In this document: in pieces, positions 44,401 to 56,329 of the stretch | Position numbering within the stretch: the first letter of the stretch is position 1 | Layout of the letters: the number at the start of each line of letters is the position of its first letter | Source: Octopus vulgaris | Lineage: Eukaryota | Length of the DNA stretch: 64,000 bases | Assembly: GCA_951406725.2 (NCBI GenBank) | Contig: OX597814.1 | Span: forward strand, 209,622,001-209,686,000 | Direction of reading: 5' to 3' | Translations under genes and position numbers: made by a program | The notes under the pieces: model-generated | What the model was told of the DNA's origin: nothing | The model's database searches: none | What the model saw: only the letters and a program-made list of their open reading frames with translations

Positions 44401-44445
44401 GGCCAGAGTTCTTTCATCACACTCCTGTGACCGCATCAGTGGTCC
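44401..44445 (-). ncRNA. Variant minimal hammerhead motif in the PLE 3' UTR
   Basis: Minus strand: GGACCA-CUGAUGCG-GUCAC-aggagu-GUGAU-GAAAG-aa-CUC-UGGCC. Confidence 0.55.
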
Positions 44446-44886
44446 TTTGTTTTCTTCTCACTTACTTGTGTCTCTCCTTACTAACCGTCAGCCATTTTGT
44501 ATTTCTATTGTATGTCTTCATTTGCGCATGCTTATATCTCTATGTGCATCTATGTTTATTTAGTGTGTGTGTGTGTGGGGGGATGCCTGTAATATTTGTA
44601 TCTTCTGTTTATATACATTCATGTAATTTGTATTTTGTTTTTGTTGTTGTTGCTTTTGTTCTAATTTTGTTCATGTGTTTACATCCACCCATTATTATCA
44701 TTACATATGCTTGTATGTATGTATAACAACAATATTAGTAATAATAATAATAAATCTAATCGAAAAAAAAAAAATATATATACATACATATACATACATA
44801 GATATATATACATATATATAGTTATTCAGTTCTATTTGTTTATTTATCTGTGTATTTATTTATTATGTTTTCGGGATCCTCTATCG

Positions 44887-47800
44887 TCATATGTTGTGGT
44901 GTGTGCTATTGCTCCATTCTAGTTTTCTATTCAGGCTAGGTTTATTTTCTATTATATGTGTAGCTTCTGTAATTTGTCTAATTGTTGCATCTGTTCTATG
45001 TGTGGACAATATCTTAATCTCTATGTTATTGATTGATCCCCCGTGTTCCTGTTCGGCGTGTTGATACAGAATCGACGAGCTTTTACCTTCCTTCAGTTGT
45101 CTCCAATGTCCATTCACCCGCTCTCCTATGCTTCTTGCCGTTTCCCCTACGTATGTTATTGTCTTGTTACTGCATCGTCCCTCTATACATCTTATACTAT
45201 AGACTACATTTCTGGCTTTACAGTTTGTTTGTGGGCTAAATCTACATACAGTGCAATAGTTATCCGTACAGAGGCTTCTACTAAAAGGATAGGTTCTACC
45301 AATTATAGATTTGATAGGGTTGCCTGGCTTTTCAACAACCTTAATTCTTAGTTTAAGTTTATCCAGGGTCCTTCTAAAGCGGTACGCCAGTTCACCTCCA
45401 GGGGTGGTGTCAACGAACATGACACTCTGGTATTTATGGCTATCATACCAAGTGTTGGCCTTCCCTATTTTCTTTTTTGTCCTTTCTATAGTGTTCCATG
45501 ACTTGTTCCTATAGAGTGGGCAAATCCCATTCCTATCATTACATAATATATTATCAAATTTCTTCATGGCTCCTTTCTATACTCTGATCCTTTCTTTATG
45601 GCTGTAACCTGAGAACTGCATGCGGTGAATGAAATACTGTATGTGTCTCTTTAATTCTGTAGGCTCGCACATGCGTGACACATTTCTCATTATTCTGACG
45701 AGGTCTGCCATCAAAATATTGAATTTGGCATTGCCCGCAATGGCTGAGTTCCGGTGGATCAGGTATTTTGAGGCCATAGGTTTTGCATAGTATGAATGAA
45801 GGATTTTGGTTTTATTTTTCACAATTTCTAGCCAGAGTTCAGTGTCTAGTACTGGTAGTCTATGGTTGGGGTGTTTAGTGGGGTAGTCTATTGTGACCTT
45901 AATACTCTGGTGGATGGAGTTAGCTATTTGCTGGATGCTCTCCATAGTATTAGTTTCTAATTACTATATCAACATTACTCTCTTGTGGGGGTGCCTTTAC
46001 TACTATGTTCATATCATCAACATAGCGAGAGTACATGTTCACGAGTATGGATTTCTGCAGTAGTCGTTCTTTAAGCCTTCTGTCCCACCATACCATGAAA
46101 AGGTTGGCCACATCACCAGCGATACTAACACCGATGGCTGCACCCTCGTCCTGGGCATATATTTTATTATTAAATTTAAATGTGTGGCCTTTTAGGGTAA
46201 CTCTTATACTAGCTCCTAGTGCATGTGCGATCATTTTCTTTACCTGATGGACATTTGCGGGGCTCCGTATTGCTCTGGTCCATCCGCGCCATCTTTCTAT
46301 ATGTGTCTTCCTAGCCATAGAAGTAATTGTAGGCGGTCTACCACTTATACATCTACTGGGGCAGAAACTACTAAGATTATGTTTATCTAAGTATTCGTTA
46401 TTATATGTCAGTCTAAGTAGGAGGCCGAGTTCTTCTGTGTTGACATTACAGAACTCCACCTGGCTCTCGTTGATCATCTCCACGCACTTCTCCACTGCAA
46501 AATCTACGTCAATCGATGGGTATAGGGATACCACATCCATGCTACCTACTATACATCCTGTCAAGTCACAAGTTTTGTTACAGTCACTGATCCTGCTTAG
46601 GAGATCTTCTGTGCTGTCACACACATCAGGTGACATCTTGATTATAGGGCGTATGATCATTGAGAGGAAGTAGGAGATTCTGTAATTGCTAGCGATATTC
46701 GCTCCACAGACTGGTCTTGTTGGTGGTCCTGCTATAGGGTCAGTAAAAACTTTATGGTCCTTGCGAAGTCCATACAGTGCCGAGATATCATTGTTCCAGG
46801 CTTGGAAATTCTTTGCAGTACGTTTCTGGGGTCCCAAAACAATTGTCCACATCATCATGTGGGCATTGAGGACCTTTTCTCTCTCCTCATGCGCCTGTAC
46901 AGTTGTTATTTTTGTATTGGCGATATGAGGTTGCATTGCCTGGATGTAGTTCGGTAAGCTGTCTATTGACATCCTGCCGGACTTATCTGTGGGAAGGCAT
47001 ATCACCTCTCCGTTCCTCGTGCGCTGAATGAGCTTCTGTACGTCACATGCAGGTTTAATCCCGAGTTGTTGGGCCTCTGTCTTATTCTGTCTCTGTCTCT
47101 TAATGTATAATCCTAAAATCTGTCTAAGTTTGTTCCTAGCTATAGTGAACTGTGCTTCCATATGGTCATTAGTACGTCTTGGGGTGTATACTCTTTTGTT
47201 GAAGGGTAATGTTGTTGGATAAATCCGGTTCATGCAGTAAGTTTTGTCACATACGTTGAAGAATTGAGTGTCAAAGAGATGGGTATACATGTCAATGGTC
47301 TTTCTAGGGTTATCTTTATTATCGTTACTGTTTCCAACATCAGCCTTCCTATTATTATTATCACCATTACCACTACTACTATTATTCCTATTACCACCAC
47401 AACTATCACTACTATCCTCATTACTACTTCTACTGTTACCATCACCACTACTACTACCACTATTATTGTTATTACCTTTATTCCTACCATTGCCATTATT
47501 ACTATCATCGCTAGTGATATATTCATTGTTCCTGTTTCTGGTATATGTGTTGTTCATATTAGTGTTGGGTTTTATGTCTGTCTGTTGGTCCCTGTCATTC
47601 CCCCTGTTGTGGTTGTTATTTTTGTTCCTATGAGTATTGTTATCTGTTTCAAGTCTGCTGACTCCCTGTCCAAGGATTCTGTTGCATTCAACTTTATTTT
47701 CCATCGTGACCCCCATGACACAACTTTTATTCGTATCTTTGTGACTATGGTTATCTGTGTGTGTGTTTGTGTGTCGGTTCTCCCTATAATTGTTGTTGTT

Positions 47801-48278
47801 GTTGCTGTTGTATACGATTTTTTTCTCTCTGTTTGTGTTTTTGTTTTTGTATCTATTGTTTGCGTCTATGCATTCATTTTTTCTATTGTTGTTGTTGTTG
47901 CCGCTGTTAGGGTTCGTGTTGCTTTTGTTGATACGGTTGTTATTGCTGCGGTCATTATTGTTTGTGTTGTTGTTGCTGCGGTTAGTGTTTTTCACGTTGT
48001 TGTTGTTGTCGCAAGTGTTGCTTTCATTGTATCTATTCAAATTCCAACGTATTTTTGTGAACGACTTTTCAATCTCAGACAGGCATTTGATGGTATTCAC
48101 CTTTACTATACACTGCATACTTTGGTGGTAGTTGAAGTATCGATATTTCGTCTGGGTCCGTTGTTACTCCCCCATAGATGTTCGCTTCATTGTCTTTATT
48201 GAACTCTTCTGGTAGTAGCACATCTTCCATAATAATTCCATTTATTGTATCTGGATACTTCTGTTTTTCTTCCTTTGC
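44887..48278 (-). pseudogene. PLE reverse transcriptase / GIY-YIG endonuclease polyprotein (about 1130 codons remaining; frameshifts near 48101 and 45960, in-frame TAG at 45577-45579)
   Basis: RT motifs: PTDKSG, LYGLRKDHK, PTRPVCG, SMDVVSLYPSID, QDEGAAIGVSIAGDVANLFM, YSRYVDD, LPVLD. Linker: CTDNYCTVC. Endonuclease: VVY-x-YVGET-ER-H...H..H...EA...LN. Confidence 0.92.
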
Positions 48279-48316
48279 GATCCCGAAAACATAATAAATA
48301 AATACACAGATAAATA

Positions 48317-48401
48317 GGCAAGTGTCTTCTACTATAGTCTCGGGCCGACCAAACCCTTGTGAGTGGATTTGGTAGACAGAAACTGAAATAAGCCCGTCGT
48401 A

Positions 48402-48455
<54 letters not shown>

Positions 48456-48690
48456 TGTGTGTGCGTGTATGTGTGTGTGTGTGTGTATGTTTGTGTGTCT
48501 GTGTTTGTCCCTCCACTTGACGACCGAAGTTGGTGTGTTACGTCCCTGTAACTTAACGTTTCGGCAAAAGGGGACGATAGAATAAGTACTAGGCTTATAA
48601 TGATTACGTCCTGGGTCGAATTGTCCGACTAAAGGCAGTGCTCCAGCATGACCGCAGTCAAATGACTGAAACACAAATAAAAGAATAAAG
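48317..48690 (+). mobile_element. SINE family C 3' segment
   Basis: ggcaagtgtcttctactatag...aagcccgtcg(ta)n...gactgaaacacaaataaaagaata. Confidence 0.85.
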
Positions 48691-49630
48691 GAAGTATGTG
48701 TGTGTATATATAATCGCGTAAAGCGCGTACACGTACACCCATGTTTTGCTGCATGTTTCCTCAAACGGCGGAAGTTAACAACGAAGATGTTGGGCGATGC
48801 TACAAAGACATAGATTCTATACCAAGAGAGTATATGCGCGCACACACGTATGTGATATGTTTCTTTGTGTGTGTGTGTGTGTTTGTGTTTGTGTGTTTGT
48901 GTGTAAGGTCTTGGAGGGTCTCACTCTTTGCTCTGAAAAGGAAATGTCGTCCTCTCTCCAGACTGGATCAAAGTCTCTCTTGACCAGAAATGGCCTGAAC
49001 TCTTTGCATGAACACCCTCCCGGAACATAAATCCATGTCCCCTACATGGCCTTGCTTTTTGCTTTTTAAGCCAAAAAATTAACTCAACTTAACTTAACTA
49101 CCATACCAAAGTTCTCACGTTCATTCTCGATTAGAGATCCATCACCGTAATAGCTCAGGATTAAGAATGAAGGACCCTTCAATACCTTTAAAAAATATCA
49201 TAGATCTGCGAATTATAGAAGTGGATGTATCTAAAACCACATTTTAAAAAATGGCTGATCAATCAGACGAACCCTTATCTCGTTGAGGAACACAAGTGAG
49301 AGTGTCTTTGTGCATCCTCTCCATTCAACAGAAACCAAACGCGAAGAAGGGTCCACAAACACACACACACACACACACAGACACACACACGCATGTACAT
49401 ACTCACACTTACCTTACCTACCTATCTACCTACCTACCTACCTACCTACCTACCTACCTACCTACCTACCTACATATATACATACCTACCTATTTACCAA
49501 CCTACCTACCTACATACATACATACATATATAGATGCATACATACATGATGTCTGTCAACCCGTTAGATGGACATAACCATCGCTGATAGATGTGACAGC
49601 AATACCCTCGCAATACACACACACACGCAA

Positions 49631-49669
<39 letters not shown>

Positions 49670-49817
49670 AATATAGTAGAGTAACAAAATAAAGATAAAA
49701 ATCAAAAATTAGTCCCCAAAAAGCCATCTCATTTTTTCAAATATACATATATACATACTCATATACAAACACGTCTATATATAGATATATATATATGTAT
49801 GTATGTTTATATATATA

Positions 49818-50102
49818 TATCTGTAAATGTAATATGTGACAATTATTCGGTAGCCATGATAAAACTCCGAGTTTCGGATGCCAAGGTGGAAAACCACGCC
49901 GCCATCTGTTCAGTTCTCCGGCCATTTTTCCCGATGGCCGGATAACTGAACAGATGGTTGCGTGTTTTTCCACCTCGGCATCCGAAACTCGGAGTTTTAT
50001 CATGGCTACCGAATAATTGTTACATATTAACTTTACAGATACATTCCTCTATTTACATAATATCGAGGTCTCTTTTATTCTTTTGTTGTCTTACCATTTC
50101 TA
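49818..50102 (+). mobile_element. Second foldback hammerhead-bearing element (same family as 2167-2495)
   Basis: Arms 49818-49925 and 49934-50041. Hammerhead-like motif at 49941-50001 with a CUGAACA core. Confidence 0.7.
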
Positions 50103-51218
50103 TCGTGTGTAATATATATATATTTCTGTAGATGTTATAGGAAAAGGGAGCCATAAATCGATGGACAGTTATCGAATTAAAGGAAATTTCGATCTGATTT
50201 ACGTTCCTGTGGATTTCCGTGGTCCACTCACGGTAGCTATTAGTGATTGCGCTTTATTCATCAATGTAACCAGGGAAATTACTTTGCTAGTTTGGAGTTC
50301 CCATTTCAATTCTCTACCATGCACGTGGCAGGAAAGCGAATCTAAAAAGTTTGGATTTATGAGTTTCATTTATATTATACGCGTACGCATGCATAGGAGA
50401 AAGAGAGTGGCAGAGAAAGAAAGAATGAGAGAGAAAAATAGATGTACGGATACGTGTTTTGATAATCACGTACACAGCAACATAAACATGTATTCATATA
50501 AGGATATAAGCTAACAAAGTGTTCTCTTTTTGTCGGTCGCTCAGCTAGAAAAAGCATTGGAAACTTTTTTCTCAAACCACAATCTAATACCATAAAAAAA
50601 GGAATGGCAATAATGTAGTCTTAGTTACTTTATGTCTAACTTGAAAGAAAAAGGAAGGACGATTATGATTGCAAGAACATTGATCATACTTTCGCTTGTT
50701 GGATCAAAGTCGACCTAGGGTTAAACATGAACAACGATGATAGAGACAACAACTGGAAAACATCGCACCCAAAAACAATAAGGGTATGTGTGCATACCTA
50801 TACATACATCTATTTCCTATCATCACAGTCGCAGTCATCTATTTATACATCTCACTTCCCCTCTTTCTTCCTCTCTCCCTTTCTGTGCTTCCTCCGCCCC
50901 CCCTCGGTACTTTCACCTGTATGTATAATATATATATATATATATATACATACATATATTACATATGTATGTGCTTAAATATATATATATGTATATACGT
51001 ATACATACATGTGTATATGTATGAGTATATATGTATGTGTTTATATATTTATATGTAAATACGTATATATATATATGCGTGTGTGTCTGTTTGTGTTCTT
51101 ATATATGTATGTATATATATATGTGTGTCTATACGTATATACATGTTGATATAAATATATAATGTACATATATACGTTGATACATATACATGTTTATATA
51201 TATGTGTATGCGTATGTT

Positions 51219-51292
<74 letters not shown>

Positions 51293-51890
51293 CATATATA
51301 TATACAAACATATATATATGTATGCCGTGCATAGTATGTATATAAGAGTGTCTGTGCGTGTGTATGTGTGTGTATGTATATATGTATGTATGAATGTATG
51401 TGAGCATGTATGCAAATATGCTTGTTTGGATGAGTGCGGATGATTTTGTAAAACTTATATCTACAGTCTCTCAAATAGCAAAACGCACAAATAATATAAA
51501 ATTGCCTAACCAGAAATATGAACATGAATGCTGTAGAGAAGACACCGTAGTAGATAAGCAGGCTGCTGTTGCATTCCATTTCCAAAAGATTGCAAAAGCA
51601 ATAGCAAACATATAAAGAAAAAATATTTCCTATCAGTTACAGTATAATAGTAATGAATGAAATAGGCCTCTATGGAAGTGACCCGATTTAAATAAAGGTT
51701 GATACAATAAATTGTTGGATGAGGCTTGATAATCACAATTTTCAGTAAATATATTTCGTAATGATACTGTTATTGATTTTTATAACTTCATCCTACTTCA
51801 TCTTAGAATTATAGCTATTGAGGAAGAATTTACTTAATAGCATTTTTTGTTGTCAAGTACGAAATATATGAAAGATTTATGTCCGGCAGT

Positions 51891-51944
<54 letters not shown>

Positions 51945-52083
51945 TAGAATAGAATAGATGGTGACAATACAATTGCTTGGTTTGCTTATTAAAAAATACA
52001 TTCTCCTAAAAATCACTATTCATCTATTATGAAAGGATGTCTATGTATGTATGTATAAATATATATGTATATACATATACATG

Positions 52084-52139
<56 letters not shown>

Positions 52140-52408
52140 GTGTGTGTGTGTGTGTATGTACACACACACATACACATGTAATTCCTTTACTGGTTTCAGC
52201 GATTGCACTATGACCATACTGGAGGACCGCCATATAGGATTAATCGAAGACATCGACCACCTTACTTATTTTCAAAGTTTGGTACGTATTGCATGGAAAT
52301 GAGGGACGTTTACGGGGAACGTCAACAAAGGAACATCGATTGCCATGAGGTGAGGGGCAAAAGCTCTCTTTTGGCACCTCCGGCTAACAATATTACTTCG
52401 ATTAGTAA

Positions 52409-53055
52409 GGAGGTGAGCTGGCAGAAACGTTAGCACGCCGGGCGAAATGCTTAGCAGTATTTCGTCTGCCGTTACGTTCTGAGTTCGAATTCCGCCGAGG
52501 TCGACTTTGCTTTCCATCCTTTCGGGGTCGATAAACTAAGTACCAGTTACGCACTGGGGTCGATATAATCGACTTAATCCGTTTGTCTGTCCTTGTTTGT
52601 CCCTTCTGTGTTTAGACCCTTGTGGGTAGTAAAGAAATAGGTATTTCGTCTGCCGAAAGGCGGCGAGCTGGCAGAAACGTTAGCACTCCGGGCGAAATGC
52701 TTAGCGGTATTTCGTCTGTCGTTACGTTCTGAGTTCAAATTCCGCCGAGGTCGACTTTGCCTTTCATCCTTTCGGGGTCGATAAACTAAGTACCAGTTAC
52801 GCACTGGGGTCGATATAATCGACTTAATCCGTCTGTCTGTCCTTGTTTGTCTCCCCTGTGTTTAGCCCCTTGTGGGTAGTAAAGAAATAGGTATTTCGTA
52901 TGTCGCTACGTTCTGAGTTCAAATTCCGCCGACGTCGACTTTGCTTTTCATCCTTTCGCGGTCGATTAAATTAAGTACCAGTTGCGAACTGGGGTCGATC
53001 TAATCGACTCGCTCCTTCTCCCAAAATTTCGAGCCTTGTGCCTAGAGTAGAAAAG
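52409..53055 (+). mobile_element. SINE family B nested multimer
   Basis: Two heads (52409 and 52659) and three bodies; ggtatttcgt duplicated at the junctions. Confidence 0.85.
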
Positions 53056-53827
53056 AATATTACTTATATTAGTGAAGGACTTCAGGTAATCTTTTGGTAG
53101 GATCCTATGTTATGGTTCATCACAATTCTCTATTGTAAAACCGTGGATGGGCTCCAGAAAAACTAGTTATTTACACAGAGTGATATATAAGAAACAAGTT
53201 AAAAGTAATGGTCATTACAAACTGTTTCTTTACTGGACCAAATTTCCACATTTTTCTTTCACTGTTTTCAGTTTTCATAATAGGTACATCACCAATAGGT
53301 TTACTCAATTGCTCTAATAATATGTAATGGTCATTATTTTTAACTTGTTATATTTATATATATATATATATTTGATACAGGAAAGAGATAATTAAATAAG
53401 AGATTGTATAAGGTCACTCGTCGTCAGGAGATCATGGAACACATCTCTCTGAAATCAAAACCTTGAAACAGCAAGGGCGCGTCAGATAAATTAGCACACG
53501 ATGTACAGTTGCACAACGCATCAAATAAAACAGGATGGCTACGGACGGATCTCCTTTGACCACATACGTTAACTCAATAACAAAAATATTCAGCCAAGAG
53601 AGCAAGTTTCGGTATCTTGTATCAAGTCTTGTGACGGTTCCTTTGCCTGGACAATTAATTTTTAAATTGTTGATCTCATAAATTTTAAAGCGGATACAAG
53701 TTTATACTACTCACTGTCGTAAGCAGCAATATTTATTGAAGAAATTTCGGTGAGGTTGACTTTACCTTTCATCCTTTCGGAATCGATAAAATGAGAACTA
53801 GTTGAACACTAGGGAGAACTAGTTGAA

Positions 53828-54062
53828 TACCTATTTCTTTTACTACCCACAAGGGGCTAAACACAGTGGGGACAAACAAGGACAGACAAACGGATTAAGT
53901 CGATTAGATCGACCCCAGCGCATTGCGTAACTGGTACTTATTTAATCGACCTCGAAAGGATGAAAGGCAAAGTCAACCTCGGCGGAATTTGAACTCAGAA
54001 CGTAACGGCAGACGAAATACGGCTAAGCATTTCGCCCGGCGTGCTAACGTTTCTGCCACCTC
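53828..54062 (-). mobile_element. SINE family B
   Basis: Consensus match. Confidence 0.85.
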
Positions 54063-54755
54063 AAGCTTGCTGGCATTGTGTTGAAATTTGTAACCAATAT
54101 CTATTTAATGTCATTTAGATTTGCATTTGAATTTTTCTATAGGTATGAATTAATATACTAAATTGGTTTATCCATAGGTCAAAACAAATGACCCTTATCA
54201 CTTACTGATATTTTGGATAATAAAAAAACTGGAATATTTGAATCATTCATATAACAACATAAGACTTAGGACTCAGAAATGCAGCATAAAAGGAGAATGA
54301 CGCTATTCCCATTAGAGATTTCAACACCCATCCATTAGAAATAGATATTTGATGCTGCTCACATATTTCAAAGATATGAAGTAAATCAATAAAAGTATAA
54401 TACACAGTTACTTTCTGTCACTGTGAGCTTGAGTTTTGACAGAAGGCAATTCATATTTCTAACTTATATGATTGATAATTGAGTTTTATGATATCATAAT
54501 GCAAGGAGTAATAAATTAAATTTCTTTCTTTTAAACCTTTAGATACCCAATCCTTTTATTGGGACATATGTATGTACACACACACACACACACACACGTA
54601 ATATATTCATATATATATACACACACATATTTATATGTATGTATTTGTATATATGTATGTATATATATATATATGTATATATACATACATATATAGATTA
54701 AATATATATATATATATATATATTTATGTATATATATATGTGTGTGTGTTTGTCT

Positions 54756-54820
<65 letters not shown>

Positions 54821-55228
54821 CATATACATACATACATACATATACATATATATATATATATATAGTGGACTTTTCCGTTATGGTAAGATCAGCAAAAGAA
54901 GTAATCCATATGGTGAGAGATAAATATTTCTTAATAAATATGATGTATGTTTTCTTATGTGCTACTATTTGTTTCATGTACTGAGAGCATGCCGCACGTG
55001 TTTTTAACGCGTCTGGTGTCATAGCACAATCATCGGACAATGTATAATGGCATACATTATGCCATGTGCGCAGTGTCTGAAGATTGTGCTAATAGTGTCA
55101 TATACAAACATATAAGTTATCTATTTATTATTAAATATGATAATATAAGTTATTTGCATGTTTTTGACTTACGAAAGAAATTTGCCATGCTACTTGGATT
55201 TTTCTCTTCCTAAATATGTGTGTGTGTC

Positions 55229-55279
<51 letters not shown>

Positions 55280-55429
55280 TTGTTTGTGTGTTTGTATGTG
55301 TGTTTGTGTGTGTGTATAGATGATTACATTTTCGGATGCGTGTGTTTTCGTTCTACAAACTTTTAGCGTATTGCACGGTGAGTATCTAATGTCTGCATTA
55401 TGTGCTTATTTACGTACGTGTATGTGTGT

Positions 55430-55466
<37 letters not shown>

Positions 55467-55692
55467 TGCGTATGTGTTGTTATTAGCCCTAACGACGCGC
55501 AGAACGCAATGATAGAAAAATACAACAGTGCCATCAAGATTCCCAAAGCACATGCTCGTATTAAATATGTTAGAAGCTATTTCTCTCGATAATGACGAAA
55601 ACAGTCTGAATCGAATCATCAGAAATTACCTCAGGCTTCCTAGCCTTACACCGCGTGCTATATTCCGTTGTGTCTGAGCTGAAATACCCTTC

Positions 55693-55926
55693 ACCTATTT
55701 CTTTATTACCCACAAGGGGCTAAACATAGAGGGGACAAACAAGGACAGACATAGGTATTAAGTCGATTACATCGACCCCAGTGCATAACTGGTACTTAAT
55801 TTATCGACCCCGAAAGGATGAAAGGCAGAGTCGACCTCGGCGGAATTTGAACTCACAACATAACGGCAGACGAAATACTGCTAAGCATTTCGCCCGATGT
55901 GCTAACGGTTCTGCTAGCTCGCCGCC
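55693..55926 (-). mobile_element. SINE family B
   Basis: Consensus match; lies within a 22-bp TSD together with a tRNA fragment. Confidence 0.85.
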
Positions 55927-55937
55927 TTTTTTCTTAA

Positions 55938-55993
55938 CGAACCCAGGCCGCGTGGGTGAAAGCCAGGAATCCTAGCCACTAGACCACATGAGA
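55938..55993 (-). pseudogene. tRNA-Glu(TTC) 5' fragment (about nt 1-56), retrocopied
   Basis: Minus strand TCTCATGTGGTCTAGTGGCTAGGATTCCTGGCTTTCACCCACGCGGCCTGGGTTCG; anticodon loop CT-TTC-AC; truncated in the T loop. Confidence 0.8.
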
Positions 55994-56329
55994 CCACACT
56001 AGACCACATGAGCTGAAATACCTTTCACCTGCAGAAGTGTTTCATCTGTGGTCTTTTGCCAACCATGATAACATTGTACACGTCTTAGCTTCCATGGTTC
56101 TCTCTGCCGGAACTTCCTTCAGTTCTTAGACTCTATACCGATCTTAAAGAAATTGTGCACTGATCTTGCTCGGAAAACCGCTGCAGTTGACTTCAGTGAG
56201 GTAGGAGGCTGTACACCATCCTTGACAAAAGCCTCATCAATCAAGTTTTGGCATTTAACTATTTTTGCTTGGTGAGAAATAAAAGCTTTTCCTTCCAGTA
56301 CACAGTGACTTTAACTATCATATTGTTTT

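Larger units (their letters stand above)
44224..48316 (-). mobile_element. Penelope-like retroelement (EN+, C-terminal GIY-YIG), 5'-truncated
   Basis: RT plus GIY-YIG ORF, about 660-bp 3' UTR with a hammerhead motif ending at (TA)n, and a 38-bp inverted copy of the 3' UTR at the 5' junction. Confidence 0.9.

Noticed and set aside
45577-45579. Internal stop in the PLE ORF as selenocysteine or programmed readthrough (some PLEs encode selenoproteins)
   Set aside because: The codon is TAG, not TGA. It is one substitution from Tyr, and the same ORF has two frameshifts, so decay is simpler.
47264-48202. 312-aa hydrophobic plus-strand ORF
   Set aside because: It is the antisense shadow of the Asn-rich PLE region.
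44841-48316. 38-bp inverted repeats as TIRs of a DNA transposon carrying RT
   Set aside because: The left copy is internal, since the UTR continues for about 600 bp. The ORF is cut at the right copy, and there is no transposase or TSD.
55938-55993. Functional tRNA-Glu gene
   Set aside because: It lacks the 3' T-stem and acceptor strand and lies within a TSD.
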